A stretch of DNA of 36,755 nucleotides. Origin: Candidatus Krumholzibacteriia bacterium (GTDB taxonomy: Bacteria; Krumholzibacteriota; Krumholzibacteriia; LZORAL124-64-63). The position numbers and the translations under genes are program-made. Below are positions 27,157 through 36,154 of the stretch, piece by piece. Below the pieces are notes generated by a model that worked only from the letters and a program-made list of their open reading frames with translations, made no database searches and had not been told where the DNA came from. Position 1 is the first letter of the stretch, and each line of letters opens with the position of its first letter. Location: assembly GCA_046484865.1 (NCBI GenBank), contig JAWOID010000100.1, positions 1-36,755 on the forward strand. The letters run 5' to 3'.

Positions 27157-28662
27157 ATGCAGCGACCGCGAGCCGGTTCGGAACCCCAGACACCGCCGCG
27201 CCCGGACGGCGCGGACATCGAAGACGTCCCGGCCGTGCGGCCCGCGACGACCGGCACCGCCGCCGCCGCTCCCGCAGCGGCCCCGACCCCGGACCTGATC
27301 GAACGCATGTTTCACAGTACCGCCGACGGCGTGTACGCGGTCGACGAGCGGCGGCGGATCGTCGCCATCAACGAGGCGGCCCTGCACCTGCTGGACATCA
27401 CGAGGGAGCAGGCGCTGGGCCGGCCATGCCACGAGGTGCTGCGGCTGAACGTCTGCCGCGAGTCGTGCGCCCTGAGCGCAGCGCGCACCTCGGGGCAGCC
27501 GATCGTGAACCTGGCGGTGGACCTGCTGCGCCGCGACGGGCTCCGCACTCCGGCCCTCCTTTCCTCGGCGATCATGCATGACGATGCCGGGCGGCCCATC
27601 GGCGGCGTGGAGACCCTGCGCGGCGTCGGTTCCGTACCGGGGACCGGCGGGACGCTGGAACGTGGAGAACCGCTCGACGCGCTGTTCACGAACTCCGGGC
27701 AGCTGCAGAACCTGGTCGCGTTGCTGCCCACGATCGCCGCCAGCGACAGCTGCGTCCTGATCACCGGCGAGACCGGCACCGGTAAGGGGCTGGTGGCGCG
27801 CGCGATCCATGACCTCAGCCCGCGACGCAACGGACCCTTCGTGACCCTGGAATGCGCGGCGCTGCCGGAGGACCTGCTGGAGCCGGAGCTGTTCGGATGT
27901 GGGGCGGACGCCTACATCGGAGCCACGAGGGAACGGACCGGCCGCATCGCCAGGGCCGAGGGCGGTACCCTCTACCTCGACGAGATCGGCGCCATGCCGC
28001 TGCCGGCGCAGGTGAAGCTGCTCCGCGTCCTGCAGGACCGGCTCTACGAACGGTCGGGCGACGTGCAGCCCGTGGAGGCGGATGTCCGCGTGATGGCGGC
28101 CAGTTCGGCCGACCTGGCCCGATCGGTGGACGAAGGCCGTTTCCGCAGCGACCTCTACTACCGCGTGAACGTCCTCAGCGTCGACCTGCCGCCCCTGCGC
28201 GACCGCCGCACCGACGTGCCGTTGCTGGTGGACCGGTTCCTGGCGCGGCTGCGCGCCCGGCATGGCAAGCAGGTGGGCGGCGTCACCGCGCCGGTGCTGG
28301 ACCTGCTGCAGGGACTGGACTATCCCGGCAACGTCCGCGAGCTGGAGAACATCGTCGAGCACGCCTACGTCCTCTGCAACGGTCCGGTGGTCGATCTCCA
28401 GCACCTGCCGCCACGTGTGCACGGGAGCCTGCGCAGCGGCGGCGAGCGGCGGCGGGCGAGCCTGGCCGAGGCCGAGGCACGGTTCCTCCGCGACGAGCTG
28501 GCGCGCCACGGCTGGAACCGCCAGGCCACCGCCGATGCGCTGGGCATTCACCGCACCACGCTGCTGCGGCGGATCCAGCGCCTGAAGCTGCGACTGCCCG
28601 CACGAGACGGACGCGCCCGTCCCCGTCGGGTCAAACCGGCGGCGAAGTCCCCGCGGCGTTAG
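27157..28662 (+). CDS. PAS - sigma54-interaction AAA+ - Fis HTH transcriptional regulator (GAFTGA loop degenerate)
   Basis: PAS 'DGVYAVD..INEAA..ALGRPCHEVL..C..C', Walker A GETGTGKG, Walker B LYLDEIG, 'QVKLLRVLQ', 'FRSDLYYRVNV', 'YPGNVRELEN', HTH 'WNRQATADALGIHRTTLLRRI'; ATG 27157 behind GGAGGAGG. Confidence 0.92.
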   Translation: MQRPRAGSEPQTPPRPDGADIEDVPAVRPATTGTAAAAPAAAPTPDLIERMFHSTADGVYAVDERRRIVAINEAALHLLDITREQALGRPCHEVLRLNVCRESCALSAARTSGQPIVNLAVDLLRRDGLRTPALLSSAIMHDDAGRPIGGVETLRGVGSVPGTGGTLERGEPLDALFTNSGQLQNLVALLPTIAASDSCVLITGETGTGKGLVARAIHDLSPRRNGPFVTLECAALPEDLLEPELFGCGADAYIGATRERTGRIARAEGGTLYLDEIGAMPLPAQVKLLRVLQDRLYERSGDVQPVEADVRVMAASSADLARSVDEGRFRSDLYYRVNVLSVDLPPLRDRRTDVPLLVDRFLARLRARHGKQVGGVTAPVLDLLQGLDYPGNVRELENIVEHAYVLCNGPVVDLQHLPPRVHGSLRSGGERRRASLAEAEARFLRDELARHGWNRQATADALGIHRTTLLRRIQRLKLRLPARDGRARPRRVKPAAKSPRR

Positions 28663-28845
28663 CCCGCATTTGACCAGCCGCAGCAGACCGCTCATGGAAT
28701 CATGCGGGTCAGGCACCCGCACCCCTGGATCCAGGTCGAGAGCGGCGCGCGGACGACATCCGTGTTTCCTTGGCTACGATGCCGTCCGTCCCCCGGCACG
28801 GAGAACTTTCCCGCCCGGCGGGGCCCCGCAGACCGGAGCGTGCCC

Positions 28846-29313
28846 TTGGACCTGATTCCCGACACCGGCGAGATCGCCCTGCGGCTGGCGCTGGCCATCG
28901 TCCTGGGCGGAGCGCTGGGCGTCGAGCGCGAGATCCGGGGCAAGGTCGCCGGCCTGAAGACCCACATGATGGTGGCCCTGGGCTCGGCCACGTTCACGCT
29001 GGTGGCGCTCGAGATCCATGCGCAGCTCGTGATCGACGATCCGTCCGTGACCCGGGTCGACCCCCTGCGGCTGCTGGAGGGCATCATCGGCGGCATCGGG
29101 TTCCTGGGCGCCGGCTCGATCATCCGCAGCGGCGGTTCGGTGGAAGGGCTCACCACCGCGGGCAGCCTCTGGTTTACCGGCGCCATCGGTGTGAGCGTGG
29201 GCGGCGGCCACTACGTGATCGCGGGCCTGGCGGTGGGGATGGGGCTGGTGGTGCTGATCGGGGTGCGGGTCCTCGAGAGGCGTATCCGCGGCCTCCCCGA
29301 TCACCCTGGCTAG
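28846..29313 (+). CDS. MgtC/SapB family membrane protein (short form)
   Basis: 'LGGALGVERE..AGLKTHMMVALGS', 'DPLR..IIGGIGFLGAGSI', 'GLTTAGSLW..AIG'; start TTG 28846 or GTG 28840. Confidence 0.92.
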   Translation: MDLIPDTGEIALRLALAIVLGGALGVEREIRGKVAGLKTHMMVALGSATFTLVALEIHAQLVIDDPSVTRVDPLRLLEGIIGGIGFLGAGSIIRSGGSVEGLTTAGSLWFTGAIGVSVGGGHYVIAGLAVGMGLVVLIGVRVLERRIRGLPDHPG

Positions 29314-29410
29314 ACTCTCTGAGACTCTCGGACCGAGCCTGGACCTCGGGATCTCCCGGGGCGACATGCGCAGGGTTGAGTTCCCCTGGTGAACGATCCA
29401 TATTCGGGCC

Positions 29411-30655
29411 ATGCAGCCCACCGCAGCGCAGCGCCAGCCGCAGTTCCCGCACTTTTCCCGTCGCCGTCGTCGGCTGCGCCGGTGGCGGCCGAGCGCCGTT
29501 CACCTGGTGCTGGTCCGGCTCGCCGCCGTCATCGCGCTCGGGGTGCCGGGCGCGTCCACGGCGGCTCGCGAGCCGGAGGCCGCCTCCCCGGCGATCGCCG
29601 GCGCGCCCGACGAGGCTGCGCCGCCCGGTTCCGGAATCCGTGACTACTACTTCTACGAGGGGCGCCGTTACGGTTCCGAGAGCCTGATCACGCCGCCGCG
29701 TCTGATCATCAACGGTGGGTTCGGCATCCTGCAGATGGAGAATCGCTCCAACAGGATCTCGGACATCGACTTCGAGCGCGGCTGGCGCGGCCTCTGGAAC
29801 AACCTCGGCAACCCCGTCGCAGCCATCGACCACGTCGGCTGGTGGGATTTCCTGCACTCGGAGCTGATCCCCGTCAGCATCAACAGCGGCAAGGCCCAGT
29901 ACTGGCCCAATTACATGAACCACCTCATCGGCGGCGGCATGAGCTACCGCATGATGCGCGAATGGTTCACCTGGCACCGGTATCCATGGCCGACGGCGTG
30001 GGCGCTCACCACGATCTGGTCCTACCACCTGCTGAACGAGACGGTGGAGATGGACGGACGCACCGGCTGGCGCGCGGACCCGGTGGCGGACGTCTACATC
30101 TTCGACATCGCCGGCATCCTGCTCTTCAGCTCGGATCGCGTGGCGCGGTTCTTCGGCCAGACCCTGAACATGGCCGACTGGTCCTGGCAGCCATTCTACG
30201 ATCCCGAGCTGGGTACGCTGGAGAACGCGGGCCAGAACTACATGGTCCGCCTGCGACTGCAGAACGCGTCGCCCTGGTACATCTTCTACCACTGGGGCAA
30301 CAGCGGCGAGTTCGGTCTCTCCCGCCACCTGGGCGACGGCTACCACCTGAGCGCGGGGGGCGGCTTCGTGGCCAAGAACCTGCGCGACGTGGACCGCTTC
30401 TCCGAGACCGCCAATCTCACCACCAGCGGCGGTCTGTTCCTCGATTGCGAGGGAAGCCTGCTCGCGTCGGTGCTCTATGCCAAGAACAAGGACAACCGGT
30501 GGCGCGTGAACCTGTACCCGGGCGTTTTTCGGGTGGGACCGTTGCAGCCGGGGCTGGCCGCGATCGTCACGCAGCAACGCCGCGTGATGTTCGGCGTCAC
30601 GATCGGGATCCTGCCGCTGCCGGTTGGAGTCGGAGCCCGGGTGGGGCGGAGTTGA
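29411..30655 (+). CDS. Hypothetical exported / outer-membrane protein
   Basis: Signal-like N-terminus; aromatic-rich; 'WPNYMNHLIGGGMSYR..YHLLNETVE..DVYIFD' helical part followed by amphipathic beta-strands; strong GC3 bias. Confidence 0.75.
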   Translation: MQPTAAQRQPQFPHFSRRRRRLRRWRPSAVHLVLVRLAAVIALGVPGASTAAREPEAASPAIAGAPDEAAPPGSGIRDYYFYEGRRYGSESLITPPRLIINGGFGILQMENRSNRISDIDFERGWRGLWNNLGNPVAAIDHVGWWDFLHSELIPVSINSGKAQYWPNYMNHLIGGGMSYRMMREWFTWHRYPWPTAWALTTIWSYHLLNETVEMDGRTGWRADPVADVYIFDIAGILLFSSDRVARFFGQTLNMADWSWQPFYDPELGTLENAGQNYMVRLRLQNASPWYIFYHWGNSGEFGLSRHLGDGYHLSAGGGFVAKNLRDVDRFSETANLTTSGGLFLDCEGSLLASVLYAKNKDNRWRVNLYPGVFRVGPLQPGLAAIVTQQRRVMFGVTIGILPLPVGVGARVGRS

Positions 30656-31602
30656 CCGCCGGAGCGGGCACCCGCCGTCTCCGTGGACGCTGGTCGCTGC
30701 TGATCGTCATGACCCTGGCGGCATCCGTCTTATCCGGGGTCGCGGCCGCCCGTGCCGACGATGCTCTCGTCCGCCACCCCGCGCCCGCCCGGATCGTGGC
30801 CCTCGGCGACTGGCACGGCGATCTGGACGCCGCGCGTCGCGGCCTGCGCGTCGCCGGCGCCATCGACGCGCACGACCGCTGGTGCGGCGGCGATCTGGTG
30901 GTGGTTCAGACCGGCGACGTGCTCGATCGCGGCGACGAGGAGCAGGCGATCCTCGACCTGCTGCGGCGCATCGGCGAGGAGGCGGCCGCGGCCGGTGGCG
31001 CCGTGCACGCGCTGCTCGGCAATCACGAACTGATGAACGTGAGCGGAGACTTCCGCTACGTCACCGGCGGCGGCTGGGACGACTTCGCCGACGCCGGCAT
31101 CGTCATCGACCCGGCTGACAGTTCCCTCACCGACGTGCCTCCCGCTCGGCGCCCCCGGGTCGTGGCGTTTCGCCCCGGCGGCCCCTACGCGCGCCAGCTC
31201 GCCCGGCACGATGTGGCCGTGATCATCGGCCGCACGGTGTTCGTGCACGGCGGGCTGCTGCCCGAGCACCTCGCCCACGGCGTCCAGCGAGTCAACGCCG
31301 AGACCCGGGCCTGGCTGCTCGGCACGGGGCCCCAGCCGGAACTGCTGCGGCGGCGCGACGCCCCGACCTGGGCCCGGCACTACAGCGACGAACCCGACGC
31401 CGGCGATTGCAGCCTGCTCGACGAGGTACTCACCGCGCTCGATTGCGACCGCATGGTGGTGGGGCACACGGTCCAGGCCGACGGCATCGCCCCGCGCTGC
31501 GACGAACGCGTCTGGTGCATCGACACCGGCGCCGCCGCGCACTACGGCGGCCCCGTGCAGGCGCTCGAGATCACGAGCGAGGGAGTCAGGGTGCTCCGCT
31601 GA
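30652..31602 (+). CDS. Exported calcineurin-like metallophosphoesterase (Shewanella-like phosphatase type)
   Basis: 'GDWHGD', 'QTGDVLDRG', 'LLGNHELMN', 'FVHGG', 'MVVGHTVQ', 'IDTG'; TTG start overlaps the upstream stop (TTGA); signal peptide ending AARA. Confidence 0.9.
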   Translation: MTAGAGTRRLRGRWSLLIVMTLAASVLSGVAAARADDALVRHPAPARIVALGDWHGDLDAARRGLRVAGAIDAHDRWCGGDLVVVQTGDVLDRGDEEQAILDLLRRIGEEAAAAGGAVHALLGNHELMNVSGDFRYVTGGGWDDFADAGIVIDPADSSLTDVPPARRPRVVAFRPGGPYARQLARHDVAVIIGRTVFVHGGLLPEHLAHGVQRVNAETRAWLLGTGPQPELLRRRDAPTWARHYSDEPDAGDCSLLDEVLTALDCDRMVVGHTVQADGIAPRCDERVWCIDTGAAAHYGGPVQALEITSEGVRVLR

Positions 31603-31709
31603 GCCTGGGTGCGCCGGGGGCGGCCGGCTGCCTGGACGGCCCCGTCGCCCATTCTCGCCCGGGACGCCGGCCGACAGCGGTGGACACACAGGATCCGACC
31701 CCGACTCGG

Positions 31710-33557
31710 TCACCTGATCAGCATCATCTTCCCCGTCCACACGCCGGCCTCTCCGGCGTCTCCCGCCGGGATCGTCAGCCGGCTGAAGTAGACACCCGAC
31801 GGCAAGCCGCGGCCGGAATCGTCGCACCCGTCCCACTCCAGGCCGGCTAGACCCGCCGGCAGCCGGCCGCGGAAGAGCCTCCGCACCTGACGTCCCATCG
31901 CATCGTGAACGGTCAGTTCCACGGGCCCGGTGCGGCCGACGAAGAACCGCACCTCCGTCCTGGGATTGAACGGGTTGGGAACGCACGGCAGCAAGCGCCC
32001 GGCGCCGGCCGGTGGTGACGGTACTCCGGTCGCGGCGTCCAGCCAGTAGCAGCCCAGATCGCTCACGGACCCGTCGGGATCGAGGTACGCCGGGTCGCCG
32101 GCGTTCAGGCAGGGCGAGCCCGGCAACAGGTGGTAGTCACCGACAGACGCATCGGCGAAGGCCGGATCCGCGGAAATATTGTAGTAGATGTCCGCCGGAT
32201 CGCCGTTCGCGTTCACGGTGATGAAGGCACCGTAACCGAGAGGCAGGGCGGTGCCGGTGGCGTCGGTGGTGTTGCCCCACACGTCGTTGTACTCGAGGCG
32301 GTCCACTTGGTTGTCGATGACCAGCCCCATCCCGTTGTTCACGACGATGTTGTTGAATACGAGCGGGCCTCCGCCGGCGCCTGGGCCGTTGACCGACAGT
32401 CCGATACCGGGATTCGCGACGATCGTGTTGTTGCGGATCGTCCCGAGCACGAAGCCCATCTGGATACCTGCCTCGTTGCCGGTGATCAGGCATTCCTCGA
32501 CGGATGTCATGCTCGTGCCCTGATTCAGTATGATGCCGGCGGACCGACCACCGCTGACGGTGCAACGCCGCACGATGACCGAGCTGCCGCGCGCATCGAT
32601 CCCGTAGAGGCTAGGCGTGACGAACTCCTCGGCGCCGATCACGCAGTCGAGGATCCGCGGCCAGCCGGTGCTGCTCTGGACCAGGATCTGAGCCGCGGCG
32701 GTGTTGTCCACGATCCGGCAGCGATTCAGCACCGTGTTGCTGTCGGCCCCCGCCATGTACACACCGCTCTCTGCATTCCGGCGCATCAGACAGTCGTTCA
32801 GTTCCACCGGGCCCTTGCTCAACGCGAACCCGTAGGTGGTCCACTCGACGGTGCAGTGGGAGAACGTGAACAGGCGCTGGGGATTCTGGCACCCGCCGCC
32901 GGCCTGGACGGCACTGGTATGGCGGAAGACGCAGTACTCGGCCAGGCCGCCGGCGCACCCGTTCATGCTGATGTTGTTATAGGTGTTGGGTCCGGCTCCG
33001 GCGATCTCGGACTCGAAGACGATACTGTCGCCTTCGGCACCCAGGAACAACGCGGTGCCGAACACCGAAAAGCCGTAGTACCCTGCCCCGGAAAAGATCA
33101 CGCGGACTCCCGGCTCGATCGTCAGCGTGTCGTACTGTCCAACCGTGACGTTGCCCACGACGCGGACGATCGTCCCCGTCGTCCAGAGCGCCGTACCGAT
33201 CTCGCCGCTGACCTCGATGGTGGTGCCAGGCTCGAGCGTGACGTCGGGCAGCACGACAGGATCCACTCCGACGAAGATGGCATCGGGAGCGGCATGCGGG
33301 ATGTAGCCGGGCTTCCCGTACTCCGCCGCATACACGCCGGCGGCCAGGCTCACCGAATAGGAACCGTCGGTGGAGGTGAACGTGCTGTCCGTGACCGCGG
33401 ACGGCGAACCCGCCGTGAAGACGACGCGCGCTCCGGAATGATCGGTCTGCCCGGCGAGGAAGCAGGAGCCCGACACCTGAGCCAGGGCGGGAGCGGCGAG
33501 GACCGACAGCAACGGCAGGGACGCTACCACGAGAGCCACCATGACGGAGTGCCGCAT
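31710..33557 (-). CDS. Secreted right-handed parallel beta-helix protein with N-terminal carboxypeptidase-regulatory-like domain and FlgD/T9SS-like CTD
   Basis: Signal peptide; 'TSTDGSYSVSLAAGVY..KPGY'; 'TLTIEPGV'; PbH repeats 'CLITGN..IRNNTIVAN..NNIVVNN..YNDVWGN'; 'DYHLLPGSPCLNAGDP..DPDGSVSDLG'; CTD 'PNPFNPRTEVRF..WDGCDDSGRGLPSGVYF..KMMLIR'. Confidence 0.88.
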   Translation of the reverse strand: MRHSVMVALVVASLPLLSVLAAPALAQVSGSCFLAGQTDHSGARVVFTAGSPSAVTDSTFTSTDGSYSVSLAAGVYAAEYGKPGYIPHAAPDAIFVGVDPVVLPDVTLEPGTTIEVSGEIGTALWTTGTIVRVVGNVTVGQYDTLTIEPGVRVIFSGAGYYGFSVFGTALFLGAEGDSIVFESEIAGAGPNTYNNISMNGCAGGLAEYCVFRHTSAVQAGGGCQNPQRLFTFSHCTVEWTTYGFALSKGPVELNDCLMRRNAESGVYMAGADSNTVLNRCRIVDNTAAAQILVQSSTGWPRILDCVIGAEEFVTPSLYGIDARGSSVIVRRCTVSGGRSAGIILNQGTSMTSVEECLITGNEAGIQMGFVLGTIRNNTIVANPGIGLSVNGPGAGGGPLVFNNIVVNNGMGLVIDNQVDRLEYNDVWGNTTDATGTALPLGYGAFITVNANGDPADIYYNISADPAFADASVGDYHLLPGSPCLNAGDPAYLDPDGSVSDLGCYWLDAATGVPSPPAGAGRLLPCVPNPFNPRTEVRFFVGRTGPVELTVHDAMGRQVRRLFRGRLPAGLAGLEWDGCDDSGRGLPSGVYFSRLTIPAGDAGEAGVWTGKMMLIR

Positions 33558-33797
33558 TGGAAACCCCCCTTGACGCGACCAGGATGGGGCGAGCGTGCCC
33601 CGAACGCGAAATCCCCCGAAACAGAATTTTATGATATATGAATTTCAATTCGTAAGCGATCTCATTTCCGGGGGACTGCAGGCGCCGTCGAAAGCTGGCA
33701 TCGGCCATTCACGCTGGTGACGCTCGAGCGCGCTACACGGTCCGGTCGGCGCCCGCCCCCGCGCAGGCAAGGGCGGGCGCGGCCTCGCGGACTCGAA

Positions 33798-34037
33798 TCA
33801 GAGCCATGTCCACTCGTAGTCATCCTGGAGCATGAGGAGGTCGTAATAACACCTCAGCGCCCAGCCCCAGCCGCCTTGCTCGTCATACGTGTAGCAGGAA
33901 AGCGGGGACATCGGTTGCACGTAGGCGCCGGCGGCGTCCACGATACCCCGCTCGGCGGCTGGACCGCCGGGCAGCGGGAGCGACATCGCCATCAGGAAGA
34001 TCGCGGTGAGAACCGAGGTCGTCAGGGTTCTCCTCAT
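33798..34037 (-). CDS. Small (79 aa) secreted peptide, aromatic/acidic C-terminus with two Cys
   Basis: RBS GGGAGG; MRRTLTTSVLTAIFLMAMSLP.. signal; tail YVQPMSPLSCYTYDEQGGWGWALRCYYDLLMLQDDYEWTWL. Confidence 0.72.
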   Translation of the reverse strand: MRRTLTTSVLTAIFLMAMSLPLPGGPAAERGIVDAAGAYVQPMSPLSCYTYDEQGGWGWALRCYYDLLMLQDDYEWTWL

Positions 34038-34098
34038 CTCGGAACCTCCCGGTTCGAGCGCTCGCACCGATGCGGTTCGCGGAGCCTGAGCCTCCTTT

Positions 34099-34734
34099 CT
34101 ACTTGCTCGCCAGCTTGGTCGGCGCGACCTCGAGCTCGGCGAGCGTCCAGCCCCCGTACTCGTACGGCACTCTCAGCCATACCATCAGGGGACGTTCGTC
34201 GTAGGTGAGCTTCCACTCCTGGTTGCTCACGGTCACCGGCTCCCGGGACGTATCGTAGACGATCACGCGCATTTCGTCGGGAATCTCGCGCCGCAGCAGG
34301 GCACCCTGGTCGGTCACCCAGACGCGCTCGACGCCGTTCGCCAGGAGGAGCCGGAACGCGCCGGGATGCACGGTGACGGACTGCCTGGCGACGAGCCCCA
34401 CGGCGCAGAACGAGTGGCGCTTCGCCTCCATCTCGTCGCACATGTCGAACTCGACCTGCCGCAACCGCCTCTGCATGGAGTCGAAGAGTCCGATACCCTC
34501 TCCGCTCCGGATCGAGAGCGCCACCTCCCGGGTGCGCTCGGCCTGGCGGCGGAACTCCTCGGGCGAGAACCAGAAGCGCTCCTGGTGGCGGAAGACGCGG
34601 CAGTCGTCATCGCGGTGGAGCTCGATCGCGTGACGGAACTCGCGATCGAATCGGCCGGGAGCCGCCGGCGGATAGTTCCCTTCCACTGCGCAGCCGGCCA
34701 GGAGGAGGAGAAGCAACCCGAGGTACGATCTCAC
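34099..34734 (-). CDS. Hypothetical lipoprotein
   Basis: GTG start overlapping the upstream stop (GTGA), RBS AAGGAG, lipobox 'LLLLLLAGC'; appears only as the C-terminal part of ORF-track entry 34099..35970. Confidence 0.78.
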   Translation of the reverse strand: MRSYLGLLLLLLAGCAVEGNYPPAAPGRFDREFRHAIELHRDDDCRVFRHQERFWFSPEEFRRQAERTREVALSIRSGEGIGLFDSMQRRLRQVEFDMCDEMEAKRHSFCAVGLVARQSVTVHPGAFRLLLANGVERVWVTDQGALLRREIPDEMRVIVYDTSREPVTVSNQEWKLTYDERPLMVWLRVPYEYGGWTLAELEVAPTKLASK

Positions 34735-35867
34735 GACCGCTCCTTCTCGGTGAAGACGATGACCTGGAGCTGGTCGGGATCGGCCCGGAGCCCGTAGAAC
34801 CTGCGATCGTACTGTCCCTTGACGACCACGATGCACTGGTCGAAGAAGTACGCCTGGTCGCGGGGGTCGAATCCGTCGTAGGCCAGCTCGTACTCGCCCG
34901 CGAATCCCGCGCCGGTGAAGACGTCGTAGACGCGCGCGCCGCTCCGGTCGCTCCCGCTGGTGTGCGCCAGCACCCGGTTCCGGTAGGGGATCAGCTCGTA
35001 GACATCGGGCTCGACGCCGCTGGTGGCGACCGTGCCGCCCCACTGGTCGGCGGCGGTCCCGAGCATGCTCATGACCGCCGCCTGCCGCTCCAGGGCGGTC
35101 CGCGCCCGCGGGGGGCAGGCTCTCGGGAACGTCGCGTCCGGTGTCGTCACCCGGTAGCCGCCGTCGCCGTTGCGCGCGCCGACGTACCAGACCTCGCCGT
35201 CGCCGGTGACGCACCACGGCTTGCCGTCGATCCAGTACGAATCCCGGTCGTCGAGCGCCCAGTTCGCCACCTGCGAGTGCAGGACCGCTGCGAAGACCAA
35301 CTCCCCGGCCGCTCCCCCGGGGCCGTAGCGCTGCAGAAACGCCTCGCCGTGCGCGCCGTCGGCGTCGCCGGCCGCGTCGCCGGCCGCGTCGCCGGCGGCG
35401 GCACCGCCCGCGACGGGCCGCACTCCCGCGACGACGAGGGTGCCGTGGTGATGGCCGGCCCCGGTGAGCCTGAAGAGGTCGGCGGCGGTGCGGTAGAACC
35501 GGATGGTGCCCCGGCCGGGCGCGGGTTCGCCCGTGGGAGTGACGACGACGAGCTCGGGCAGGTGGCCGTGGATGCCCAGGTGAGGATCCAGCGCGACCAG
35601 GCCCGTGGGAGCCGTGACCTGGCCTGGTCCTTCTCCCTGCACCGTGAAGGCGCCCCGGTACTCGCCGTCGACGGAGTAGGCGTGGACCGTGGCGAGCCGG
35701 CTGTCGAGGATGAAGAGCGTTCCCGCCACCACCTCGACGTCGGCCACCGAGCCGAGCAGCACGTCGTCCTCGGTCACGCGCCATCGCTCGACCAGTTCGC
35801 CCGCCGCCGCACCCGCGGCCGCGAGCGAGCCGGCGAAGCCCAGGACGACGATCGTGGCCCGTCTCAC
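34731..35867 (-). CDS. Exported 6-bladed beta-propeller (NHL/TolB-like) protein
   Basis: Signal peptide; 'ELVERWRV..LLGSVADV..LFILDSRLATVHAYSVDGEY..QGEGPGQVTAP' typical of this family; late 'YDVFTGAG.F' motif. Confidence 0.75.
   Translation of the reverse strand: MRRATIVVLGFAGSLAAAGAAAGELVERWRVTEDDVLLGSVADVEVVAGTLFILDSRLATVHAYSVDGEYRGAFTVQGEGPGQVTAPTGLVALDPHLGIHGHLPELVVVTPTGEPAPGRGTIRFYRTAADLFRLTGAGHHHGTLVVAGVRPVAGGAAAGDAAGDAAGDADGAHGEAFLQRYGPGGAAGELVFAAVLHSQVANWALDDRDSYWIDGKPWCVTGDGEVWYVGARNGDGGYRVTTPDATFPRACPPRARTALERQAAVMSMLGTAADQWGGTVATSGVEPDVYELIPYRNRVLAHTSGSDRSGARVYDVFTGAGFAGEYELAYDGFDPRDQAYFFDQCIVVVKGQYDRRFYGLRADPDQLQVIVFTEKERS
35362..35397. repeat. 12-bp tandem repeat x3 (AGDA units) within the propeller gene
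   Basis: gcgtcgccggcc gcgtcgccggcc gcgtcgccggcg; in frame. Confidence 0.7.
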
Positions 35868-36154
35868 CGCTCACCCTCGCCTGGTCGGACGTGGGTCGCC
35901 GGCGAGATCCCGCCGGATGGTCTCCGGGCGGGCCGTCCAGCGACGTACGGCTCTCTCCCGAGGTGCGCACGAGACCGTGTTCCGATGCGGATCGTCAAGG
36001 ATGCGAAGCAGGCGGAAGGTCCTCGTCTTCGCCATGATAACGCCAAAGCGGGGTGTTTGCAGAGGCATTCTTGCTCACGCGAGCACGCGCCACTCGCCAC
36101 TCGCGACCCGGCGCGAAGCAGGTGAGCGATGATCACCGGGCGAGGGGCGAAGTC

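Noticed and set aside
33798..33920. Darobactin/triceptide-type RiPP precursor (WxW motifs)
   Set aside because: No radical SAM or other maturase in the window, and the Sec-type signal argues against it; kept only as an unknown secreted peptide.
34735..35970. N-terminal 412 aa of the 623-aa ORF
   Set aside because: Alternative-frame overlap with the propeller gene; the real lipoprotein starts at 34734.
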